Shown here in pieces: positions 14,851 to 22,751 of a DNA stretch of 25,708 nucleotides; the first letter of the stretch is position 1, and every line of letters starts with the position of its first letter. The translations under genes and the position numbers were made by a program. Source of the stretch: a virus (taxonomy: Duplodnaviria; Caudoviricetes). Location: positions 1 to 25,708 of the IMG/VR virus record IMGVR_UViG_3300018050_001983; one strand, given 5' to 3'. The notes under the pieces were generated by a model. It worked only from the letters and a program-made list of their open reading frames with translations, did no database searches and was not told the DNA's origin.

Positions 14851-15025
14851 AGGAGCAGAGTCTAGTGGGAAGGACAACCAGTGACCCCGGTACTTACGAA
14901 AACCGACCATCAATTGGGAATTAGTGAAAGGGCTATATTGGTAAACGGAGTAGCGGGAGAGGGTGATGCCTCAATGTGTCTACACCGGCCATAAATTATT
15001 GTGTAAACGCAACACCAAATTTCGG

Positions 15026-15054
15026 TTGACAATAATATCCGTTTTTGCTATAAT
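15026..15054 (+). promoter_or_regulatory. Early sigma70 promoter (extended -10)
   Basis: TTGACA-17bp-TATAAT with TG at -15/-14. Confidence 0.88.
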
Positions 15055-15086
15055 ATAAGTATAGTGAATAGCAAGGAGCGAACGAA

Positions 15087-15275
15087 ATGAGCACCGCTAA
15101 GAAATGGTTACCCACCGATCCACGGCACTTCGAAGGTAAGACCCTCAGGGAACTTCAGGATCGGTTGGTGGAAGCAGAGCAGTTTGCCCGAGACCATCCA
15201 CAGTTTGAGTATGGTTGGCACAATGAGTATAGGCAGGAACTGCGTCGTCGGATCGCCGAAAAGATTGGCAAGTAA
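15087..15275 (+). CDS. Hypothetical early protein
   Basis: SD AAGGAG; directly after the promoter. Confidence 0.8.
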   Translation: MSTAKKWLPTDPRHFEGKTLRELQDRLVEAEQFARDHPQFEYGWHNEYRQELRRRIAEKIGK

Positions 15276-15289
15276 ACAAGGAGATCAAA

Positions 15290-15484
15290 ATGAGTTTTCT
15301 AACCCGTGAAGAACGATATGACTTGCTCTATGCTATCAAGCGTGGAGACAACCCCAGGATCCGTCAGCGGGCCCTGACCAATGAGGAATCATGGTTCGTT
15401 CAGGAGTTCGATGTAGAGAAGTTTGATAGGATCATGCAGGATCCTGAGGTTGTGGCTGTAATGCAACGGTTGCGAGATCGATAA
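15290..15484 (+). CDS. Hypothetical early protein
   Basis: SD AAGGAG. Confidence 0.8.
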   Translation: MSFLTREERYDLLYAIKRGDNPRIRQRALTNEESWFVQEFDVEKFDRIMQDPEVVAVMQRLRDR

Positions 15485-15489
15485 TTTGG

Positions 15490-15518
15490 TTGACAAATAA
15501 ATCCGTTTCTGCTATAAT
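15490..15518 (+). promoter_or_regulatory. Early sigma70 promoter, near-copy of 15026
   Basis: TTGACAAATAAATCCGTTTCTGCTATAAT. Confidence 0.88.
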
Positions 15519-15547
15519 GCTTTTATAGTGAATAACGAGGAGTAGAA

Positions 15548-15748
15548 ATGGCCGTTGACACACGAGACAATCTAGTTAGGGATCTTAACGATGTGCGGGA
15601 TCATTTGGTAGATTGTGCAGAATTGGAACGCCGACTAACTCATCGTCGACACCTAAGACCTGATTATCGAGAACTGATCAATCGTGTAGATGCTTTGGTT
15701 GATGCTGAACGAGCACTGAACCTGCGTATTCAAACAGTGGGACGATAA
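15548..15748 (+). CDS. Hypothetical early protein (coiled-coil-like)
   Basis: SD GAGGAG. Confidence 0.78.
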   Translation: MAVDTRDNLVRDLNDVRDHLVDCAELERRLTHRRHLRPDYRELINRVDALVDAERALNLRIQTVGR

Positions 15749-15749
15749 A

Positions 15750-15785
15750 ATGAACGAACTAATTAAACATTTTGGAGTTGAATGA
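15750..15785 (+). pseudogene. 11-codon remnant paralogous to the next gene
   Basis: MNELIKHFGVE* shares start MNE and end HFGVE* with 15789-16031. Confidence 0.6.
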
Positions 15786-15788
15786 TTT

Positions 15789-16031
15789 ATGAATGAACGA
15801 ATCTTTGAACTTGCCGAACAGGCTTGGCTTGCTGATAGTGTAGAGATTGATCCCAACTATAAGAAATATGTTGGAACCGAGCGTATCTTGAAACACTTAA
15901 CAGGGTATAACCAAAAGTTTGCCGAGTTGATTGTAAAAGAAGTGTTAGCAGTTCAAGAAAAACTTATTGCTGACGGACACAATGCATGGCATTTACATAG
16001 TCCCACAAAAGAACATTTCGGAGTTGAATGA
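15789..16031 (+). CDS. Hypothetical protein (MNERI..ELA...KFAELIV...EHFGVE type)
   Basis: 80-aa ORF; GGAG in the upstream remnant could serve as SD. Confidence 0.75.
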   Translation: MNERIFELAEQAWLADSVEIDPNYKKYVGTERILKHLTGYNQKFAELIVKEVLAVQEKLIADGHNAWHLHSPTKEHFGVE

Positions 16032-16276
16032 TGCGTAATCGCAATGGTGATTTCTACAGTTTCGAAAAGATCGACAATCACACCTACACCATCGTGGGCG
16101 AACTCTCTCACTGGCGTTATGGTGGTCGGGAAGGTCAAGAACGAATGGATTTTTCGGATCTTGGTTTTGTAGATCCCAGTGGTGGACCGTTCGTCAGTAT
16201 TGGCGACCGGATCGAAGGACGCACTATTGTTCGCATCATGGCCGATCCTGAAGGTATACTGTTTAAGGTTGAATAA
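16028..16276 (+). CDS. Hypothetical protein
   Basis: ATGA overlap with the previous stop; FVDPSGGPF motif. Confidence 0.75.
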   Translation: MMRNRNGDFYSFEKIDNHTYTIVGELSHWRYGGREGQERMDFSDLGFVDPSGGPFVSIGDRIEGRTIVRIMADPEGILFKVE

Positions 16277-16279
16277 TAA

Positions 16280-16539
16280 GTCCCGGCAGGCTTTACAGAC
16301 ATATCCCTAGTCGGTGTAGCACACTTGGCTGAGGCGGGTGAAAACCCCGTCAACTAAAATATGCGAGTGATAGCGGACTACGCATACGGACATTTAGGCT
16401 TGAGGGCTGTCGCCCAAGATACATAAGACACTATGAAACCACTTTAGGGAGTGGCATCATAGTTCAATACACTCAGATCCCAATTGACCTAAGCGTTCAC
16501 GGAGTAGGCACGCATTTGGTGCAAGTATATTGAACTATG
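16280..16539 (+). ncRNA. Structured non-coding region
   Basis: Chain of hairpins ending in CATAGTTCAATACACT/AGTATATTGAACTATG; no credible ORF. Confidence 0.45.
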
Positions 16540-16589
16540 CTGTAATATAAAATAGTTTTGAAATAATAAATATTATATTAGAATCTAAT

Positions 16590-17315
16590 ATGAAAATTAA
16601 AGAATTATTTGAAGCAATAACACCTGAAGAAAAAATCAGAATGATTTATTCACCTGGGGAACGCTGGGCTATGATAATTGGCGGACGAATTCTTACAGGC
16701 ACTAAACTTATCACACTTGGACAATCTTTTAATAAACTAAATTTAAAAAATATAAAAAATCCTGGTCCTAGTCCTTTATTATTTCATGGGTCAACTGCAG
16801 AATTTAATAAGTTTAACGATAGATCATGGTTTTCTACAGAACCATTAACTGCTGGATTTCACGCTGCATTTGGTACAAGAGGAAATCCTTTTGTGGAGGA
16901 ATATATGTATGTTTGTGCAGCTAAATTAGGTAAAATTTCAGTTGTGACTGATTTAACACCAGGCAAAGAGAGTCTAATAGATATTGATAGAATATACTCT
17001 AAAGGCTATGATTCTTTTGTTATCAAAAATGTCTCTGATGCAGGAGTTGGTCCCAACACTGATCTCTATAACATCAAAGACGGCAGTCAGGTCAAGATAT
17101 TAAAACGCTGGTTGATTACCGATGAGGTTACTGATACAGAAGAAGAATTTGACCAAATTTTATCTGGCAAAACTGTCAAAAAACCAGTTGTTGATCAAGA
17201 CTTACCTTTTACAGTAGATGACCCTGGACTAACACAATTTAAGCATGGACAAAAAATTTCCAAGGATAATTATGAATTGGCAAAATCCTATGGCTTAACC
17301 GCATTTCGAAGTTAA
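16590..17315 (+). CDS. Putative virion-packaged ADP-ribosyltransferase-fold protein
   Basis: N-terminal MKIKELFEA; LFHGS..EFNKF...WFST...A and GYDSFVIKNV.D motifs like ART-PolyVal domains; TAAATA at 16567. Confidence 0.6.
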   Translation: MKIKELFEAITPEEKIRMIYSPGERWAMIIGGRILTGTKLITLGQSFNKLNLKNIKNPGPSPLLFHGSTAEFNKFNDRSWFSTEPLTAGFHAAFGTRGNPFVEEYMYVCAAKLGKISVVTDLTPGKESLIDIDRIYSKGYDSFVIKNVSDAGVGPNTDLYNIKDGSQVKILKRWLITDEVTDTEEEFDQILSGKTVKKPVVDQDLPFTVDDPGLTQFKHGQKISKDNYELAKSYGLTAFRS

Positions 17316-17361
17316 AGAATCTACTAATATATAAAAAGATATATTACGAATAAATTCAACT

Positions 17362-17390
17362 TTGACAAATAATTCTTTTTAATATATAAT
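17362..17390 (+). promoter_or_regulatory. sigma70 promoter of the RNA ligase unit
   Basis: TTGACA-17bp-TATAAT. Confidence 0.85.
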
Positions 17391-17420
17391 ACACAAATAA
17401 TAGTAGTGCTGGTTCTGTGT

Positions 17421-17539
17421 TTAAAGTAGTGTCTTATGCACGACTGTATCTCACCGGTCTTCTAAACCGGCGTTAACCGAGTAACTGGAGTATGCAGGTT
17501 CGAGCCCTGTCAGTCGTGCATAAGGCATTCCCACTTTAA
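17421..17539 (+). ncRNA. D-armless tRNA-Arg(UCU) mimic in the ligase 5' leader
   Basis: Anticodon arm CCGGT-CTTCTAA-ACCGG, V-arm GTTA/TAAC, T arm GCAGG-TTCGAGC-CCTGT, 19+7-bp closing stem, no CCA. Confidence 0.8.
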
Positions 17540-17559
17540 TTTTAACCCGGAAAAATAAA

Positions 17560-18579
17560 ATGAGAAAACTAGCTACGATTCGTCATATCGATGCAATTGA
17601 TCCTATTCCTAATGCTGACTCTATTGAAGTAGCCACATTAGGAGGTTGGAAAGTTGTGGTTAAAAAAAATGATTTTACTGTGAATGATCTAGCAATCTAT
17701 TGTGAAATCGATAGCTGGATTCCACATACTATTGCCCCATACTTGAGCAAAGGCGAAACTCCTAAAGTATATAATGGAGTAGAGGGCCAACGGCTAAAGT
17801 CAATTAAATTAAGGGGGCAAATAAGCCAAGGTCTACTCCTAAAACTAGAAGATTTTTTCCCAACTGCAAGCACTTTGCCAGTTGAAGGACAAGATGTAAC
17901 AGATATTCTAGGTATTCAAAAATGGGAAGCACCTGTACCAGCTCAATTAGCTGGAGAGGTAAATGGAATATTTCCTAATTATATTCCTAAAACTGATCAA
18001 GAAAGAATTCAAAATCTTGTAGATGAACTTGCTGATTGGAAACAACAAAATCTTACATGGGAAGTTACTGAAAAATTGGATGGTTGCAGCATGACCGCCT
18101 ATTTAATGAACGGTAAATTTGGAGTATGTAGCCGCAATTACGATCTTAAAGAAAATGAAAAAAATAGTCTTTGGCTTGCTGCTAAACAGCAACAACTAGA
18201 AGCAGCTTTGCGCACTTTAGGCGATAATGTTGCTATTCAAGGTGAGCTAGTAGGAGAAGGCATTCAAGGCAATCCATATAAGTTAAAAGGACAACAGTTT
18301 TACCTTTTTGATATCTTTGACATCAAGACCGGAGAGTACTTTCATCCTTCAGATAGACAACTTTTTGCAAGAAATACTGGTATGAATCATGTGCCTATTG
18401 TTGCTCATGAGCATAAGATTACTGAATCAATTACAGAAATTTTGATTATGGCAGAAGGCTCAGCTAGGCTCAGCAAAGATACTGTAACTAGAGAAGGTCT
18501 TGTGTTTAAAGCCAATGAAAACACAAGTGTGCATTTTAAGGCCATTAGTAACAAATTCTTGCTGAAACAGGACAAATAA
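17560..18579 (+). CDS. ATP-dependent RNA ligase, DraRnl (DRB0094)/Rnl5 family
   Basis: N-terminal MRKLATIRHI..I.PIPNAD.IE OB domain; motif I TEKLDG; CSRN; QGEL.G.GIQGN.Y; FDIF; REGLVFK; FKAISN.FL. Confidence 0.92.
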   Translation: MRKLATIRHIDAIDPIPNADSIEVATLGGWKVVVKKNDFTVNDLAIYCEIDSWIPHTIAPYLSKGETPKVYNGVEGQRLKSIKLRGQISQGLLLKLEDFFPTASTLPVEGQDVTDILGIQKWEAPVPAQLAGEVNGIFPNYIPKTDQERIQNLVDELADWKQQNLTWEVTEKLDGCSMTAYLMNGKFGVCSRNYDLKENEKNSLWLAAKQQQLEAALRTLGDNVAIQGELVGEGIQGNPYKLKGQQFYLFDIFDIKTGEYFHPSDRQLFARNTGMNHVPIVAHEHKITESITEILIMAEGSARLSKDTVTREGLVFKANENTSVHFKAISNKFLLKQDK

Positions 18580-18580
18580 A

Positions 18581-18832
18581 ATGGTCCTCTATAAAGTAAT
18601 GAATATTGAAACAGAAATGTTTCACAAAGGCGGGGTCTATACCAGGTGGAGTAAACAAGGCAAAGTTTGGACAAGTTTAGGATCGTTACGATCCTTTATT
18701 ACATTAACAATGAAAGGTGCGCAGGATATAAATAAATGGCGCATAATTGAATATCAAGTAAATGTTGCGTCAGTTAAAGAACTATCCGAAGTAATAAAAC
18801 CTGAAAAAATGATAGAGCTACTAAGTAAATGA
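18581..18832 (+). CDS. Hypothetical protein
   Basis: 83-aa ORF tightly coupled between the ligase and the GGQ protein. Confidence 0.75.
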   Translation: MVLYKVMNIETEMFHKGGVYTRWSKQGKVWTSLGSLRSFITLTMKGAQDINKWRIIEYQVNVASVKELSEVIKPEKMIELLSK

Positions 18833-19215
18833 TTCAAGATAAAAAGCCATTATTCTCAATTACTGACAAAGATTGTGAGTGGAGCTATGCTCGGGGTTCG
18901 GGTAATGGGGGGCAAGCCAGGAATCGATCCAATAATGCTGTACACTGTATGCATCGTCCTTCTGGTGCCCATGGCTATTCAGAAGCTAGTCGTAGCCAAG
19001 CTGAAAACAAACGAGATGCATTTCAAAAAATGTATGAGTCGGATGCGTTCAAAAAATGGTTACATATTGAGTTTATGAAACGATCAGGCGAAATGGCAGA
19101 AATAGATAGACGAGTAGAACAAGAACTTTTAAAAGTTAAAACTGAAATAAAAATTGATGGTAAATGGACAGAAGTTGCAATTGAACAATTGGACAATATG
19201 GAAGTACAAACATAA
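18829..19215 (+). CDS. RF-1-domain peptidyl-tRNA hydrolase (ArfB/release-factor-like)
   Basis: YARGSGNGGQARNRSNNAVHCMHRPSG...SRSQAENKRDA, the class I release-factor catalytic domain. Confidence 0.88.
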   Translation: MIQDKKPLFSITDKDCEWSYARGSGNGGQARNRSNNAVHCMHRPSGAHGYSEASRSQAENKRDAFQKMYESDAFKKWLHIEFMKRSGEMAEIDRRVEQELLKVKTEIKIDGKWTEVAIEQLDNMEVQT

Positions 19216-19228
19216 ATAATTTTGATTA

Positions 19229-19669
19229 ATGCAATTTGACATGTTTTATCGAATCCAATCTATTGAAGACATTTATGTAAAATATATTGCAGATGATCCA
19301 GTAAGACCTAATATATCTTATTCGAATAGAATTGGCCAGTTTAAAGATGTATTTTTATTAGAGGAACTTGGTAAAATTAAAGCTATGACTTGTGTAAGCT
19401 ACCAAGACAATATTCCTAAATTAGAAAACGAATTGTTTATGTCTTCAGAACCAAAAGTCGCAGTATTTTATTCCATTTGGAGTTATGAAAAAGGCTATGG
19501 TCAAAAATTAATTTTACAAAGTCTTAATTATATCAGACAAAACTTTAAAGAGATAACAATGGTATTGACATTAAGTCCTAAAACTGAAATGGCCAGGAAA
19601 TTCCATTTGAATAATGGTGCTATAGTTTTTTGTGATAATGATGAAACAGTAAATTACCAATATCTGTAA
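19229..19669 (+). CDS. Hypothetical protein, GNAT-like fold
   Basis: YSIWSYEKGYGQKLI and ARKFHLNNGA resemble acetyl-CoA-binding motifs. Confidence 0.55.
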   Translation: MQFDMFYRIQSIEDIYVKYIADDPVRPNISYSNRIGQFKDVFLLEELGKIKAMTCVSYQDNIPKLENELFMSSEPKVAVFYSIWSYEKGYGQKLILQSLNYIRQNFKEITMVLTLSPKTEMARKFHLNNGAIVFCDNDETVNYQYL

Positions 19670-19672
19670 ATA

Positions 19673-19942
19673 TTACTTTCCTATTCTATATAAAATATTC
19701 AATGCTCTTTGTCTAAGTTTATCTGTAAATTCAGATTCAGTAAGCATACCTTTAGCAGTGTTGCATTTTCTACAAGTAACTTGTAAATTGTCTATTGTAG
19801 TAGGTCCGTTTTTGGCTTCTGGTATTACATGATCCAGATGTATTTCAGCATTCGTTAAATCCTCATCACAATATACACATCTATAACCGTCTCTAGCGAT
19901 TACATGTCTTCGTATAAATGCTGGTATATGTGTTTTTGACAT
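19673..19942 (-). CDS. Small HNH endonuclease
   Basis: RDGYRCVYC...HLDHVIP...GPTTIDNLQVTCRKCN..KG. Confidence 0.9.
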   Translation of the reverse strand: MSKTHIPAFIRRHVIARDGYRCVYCDEDLTNAEIHLDHVIPEAKNGPTTIDNLQVTCRKCNTAKGMLTESEFTDKLRQRALNILYRIGK

Positions 19943-19983
19943 CTGTTATTTATTAAAGTAAAAATAAATGATTAAGCATTTTT

Positions 19984-20859
19984 GTGTATATATATGTTAA
20001 TAAAATGTCCAATATAAAAATTTTCCAAGCATATTACTTGCAAGATCAGTTGTCACATTTAGACAACGAATTTGTTCCCTACAATAATACTAGCAATCTA
20101 GAAGGAGATTATAGGGAATACCCAATATTTAAAGACTTATACAATATTGGGGTAAATGAAAATCTAGATCTTTGGGGATATTTTAGTTGGAAATGGAAAG
20201 AAAAATTGTATGGACTTAAAGCACTTGACATCAAACAGCAAGTAGAAAATAATCCAGGGTATGATGTTTATTTTTGGAATCCATTTAGTGAGCATGCTGT
20301 ATTTTTCTTTAATGTATGGGAACAGGGACAAATACATCATCCGCATCTTATAACCATTATGGAACATATATTCCCAAAATTAGGATTAGATCCAAAATGG
20401 GTATATCAACCCATGCATCCTGATGTAATATGGTTTGGGTTATATTGTGTAGGGAATAGAAAATTCTGGCAAGGTTTTTTAGACTTTGCGACTATATACA
20501 AAAATTCTATAGATCAACTTCCTTACTACATAAAAAGTCTTCATAATAGTGGAGCGCAGTATGAACATTTCCCCACATTGTGGTATTTTCCTTTTATACA
20601 TGAGCGTTTGCTAAGTACATATCTTACTATAAATTATCCCAATTTAAAAATATGGCATTATCATCATAGAAAGGATGATTTGGGATATATCTGGGATAGA
20701 CTTTATCATTTAAAAACAATGGCTATTAAATATAAAGAAGTTGAGTTATTGAAAGAATGGCAATATTTAAGATATCAATTAGGAGTAAACTGTAAATTTA
20801 GTGAGCAGTGGGTAAAGAAATTTGATAAAAATTTATTAAATATTTACAATAAATTATGA
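19984..20859 (+). CDS. Hypothetical protein, possibly glycosyltransferase-like
   Basis: IFQAYY, YREY, WGYFSWK, FIHERL; true start may be the ATG near 20005. Confidence 0.55.
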   Translation: MYIYVNKMSNIKIFQAYYLQDQLSHLDNEFVPYNNTSNLEGDYREYPIFKDLYNIGVNENLDLWGYFSWKWKEKLYGLKALDIKQQVENNPGYDVYFWNPFSEHAVFFFNVWEQGQIHHPHLITIMEHIFPKLGLDPKWVYQPMHPDVIWFGLYCVGNRKFWQGFLDFATIYKNSIDQLPYYIKSLHNSGAQYEHFPTLWYFPFIHERLLSTYLTINYPNLKIWHYHHRKDDLGYIWDRLYHLKTMAIKYKEVELLKEWQYLRYQLGVNCKFSEQWVKKFDKNLLNIYNKL

Positions 20860-21473
20860 TAACCACCGAGCAAAAATTTAATGTTCTAAATAATGAATTA
20901 TTGATCAATATAATAGATGATTATAATTCTAGAGATGGTTATGAAACTTCCACCATGAATAAAGCTAGTCCGGGTAGTTCATTATATATACTTCAAGAAA
21001 TATTAGAAAATTGTTTAAATAGGCGTCTAGAATTTGTAACCGGTAATTTTTATAAACATAGCAAACCTTATCTTCCACATACAGACTTTAAAACATATCA
21101 AAATAATTATCTTAATATTGTTATACCTTTATTTTTTTCAGAAGAATTGCCTAGCCTTGTAATATTTGATCAACTATGGGAACAAGATAGTATTACTTGG
21201 TGTATGCATCATCCAGTGCAATATTTCAGCTATAATATTGGAGTAAAAGGGTGTCCTTATGAATATCCTGTAAAAGGACTAACAAATAAAGATATAGATA
21301 CAGACTTATATCAACACCTACCCCATTACCCGCAAGCCTGTTTATTTGGATTATCGGGCCAAGCTTACCCGTTTGTGCCAGGAAGTATTATAGCATTTGA
21401 CAATAGATATATACATTGTACAAGTAAGATGAATGGGGAAAAGTTGGGAATTAGTTTAAGGTTCAAACAATGA
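20856..21473 (+). CDS. 2OG-Fe(II) oxygenase-like protein
   Basis: PHTD...NIVIPL...GSIIAFD..YIHCT. Confidence 0.65.
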   Translation: MITTEQKFNVLNNELLINIIDDYNSRDGYETSTMNKASPGSSLYILQEILENCLNRRLEFVTGNFYKHSKPYLPHTDFKTYQNNYLNIVIPLFFSEELPSLVIFDQLWEQDSITWCMHHPVQYFSYNIGVKGCPYEYPVKGLTNKDIDTDLYQHLPHYPQACLFGLSGQAYPFVPGSIIAFDNRYIHCTSKMNGEKLGISLRFKQ

Positions 21474-21964
21474 CATTATATGCGATTACAGGACACACTG
21501 CAGGCATAGGCAAATGTATCTATAATCGTTTGTCTACATCTGCAGTAGGATTTAGTTTAACGACTGGTTATGATATAACCAGTGCTTTTGACAGACAACG
21601 AATTATAAACGAATCTATTAATTGCGATGTATTCATTAATAATGCACCAGCAGGATTTGGACAAACATTATTGTTTTTGGAACTATTTCAATTATGGAAA
21701 AATGATCCAAATAAAACTATTATAAATGTAGGAAGTAGAATAGCAGAAATAAAAGAACTTCCTATTAATAGGCATGACTTATTACAATATCAAGCTGAAA
21801 AACTTATACTAAAAGAAATGACAAGTAGAGTTACTGGATCTTGTAATATTAAATATAAATGGTTTGGTTATGTAGGCACAAAAAAGATATTGGCAAAATA
21901 CCCTCATTTTACAGAATCGGATTACATTACTGAAGAACAGGCAGCAGATATAATATTATCATAA
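21470..21964 (+). CDS. Short SDR-like Rossmann-fold protein
   Basis: AITGHTAGIG, DVFINNA, IINVGS, YQAEK. Confidence 0.8.
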   Translation: MTLYAITGHTAGIGKCIYNRLSTSAVGFSLTTGYDITSAFDRQRIINESINCDVFINNAPAGFGQTLLFLELFQLWKNDPNKTIINVGSRIAEIKELPINRHDLLQYQAEKLILKEMTSRVTGSCNIKYKWFGYVGTKKILAKYPHFTESDYITEEQAADIILS

Positions 21965-22032
21965 TTACCTTTTTTTAAGACTATATCACTATAAAAAAAT
22001 TCTTAACAGTTTCTGTAATAAATAGGATTATA

Positions 22033-22746
22033 ATGATAATCTGTAATAACAGAAAAGACACCCTTCCTGTACAAATAGTAGAAAAGTACAATTATGAAAT
22101 AATTATAAATGAAATTTCTGCATTAAACCTCTTAGATAGAAATTACTGGGACGGAATAAATTTTGGGCAGGATATAGATAACAAATTTAGACAAATTGCA
22201 CTTACACATAGTAATTACTACGGTCGTTGGTTTAATTTTAAAAACAAACAATATCAAGATTTATTTCTCAATGAGATAGATTATACCCTGATTAATAAAA
22301 TTAACGATGAAGATTTTACATCGAGACGCAGCAGAGCCCGAGTAGTTACAGATATGCAAAAACTTCGAGAGCAACATAATGCAGAATTTATATTTAAACC
22401 GCAACTAAAAAAACAATTTCGTAACACTTATTTAGAAGAAGTTATTAATGATATAGGGTCTAGATTTGCGGGAGGCAGTGGCAGAGCTAAAATAGGATGG
22501 ATGGCTCATGGCACTGTTGTAGGAGAACATATTGATGCTGATAGTAGTATGGTTTTAAAAGTTCATATTCCACTAGTAACTAATCCAGAAGTAAAATTTT
22601 ATGTAAAGTACAAAGAAAGTTTGCAGGAATATCATATGCTAGCAAATGGAACTGCATATCTACTTAATACTGGACTGCCACACAGTGTTAAAAACAATGG
22701 AATTAATGACCGTTATCATCTAATAGTAAATGTTTATAATAGGTAA
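22033..22746 (+). CDS. Aspartyl/asparaginyl beta-hydroxylase-family 2OG-Fe(II) oxygenase
   Basis: EHID...KVHIPLVTNP...LNTGLPHSVKN..DRYHLIV. Confidence 0.82.
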   Translation: MIICNNRKDTLPVQIVEKYNYEIIINEISALNLLDRNYWDGINFGQDIDNKFRQIALTHSNYYGRWFNFKNKQYQDLFLNEIDYTLINKINDEDFTSRRSRARVVTDMQKLREQHNAEFIFKPQLKKQFRNTYLEEVINDIGSRFAGGSGRAKIGWMAHGTVVGEHIDADSSMVLKVHIPLVTNPEVKFYVKYKESLQEYHMLANGTAYLLNTGLPHSVKNNGINDRYHLIVNVYNR

Positions 22747-22751
22747 TTAGT

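Noticed and set aside
17454-17470. CUA suppressor reading of the tRNA mimic loop (CTTCTAA)
   Set aside because: The 5-bp stem fixes a 7-nt loop with TCT at positions 34-36; CTA would need an off-centre register.
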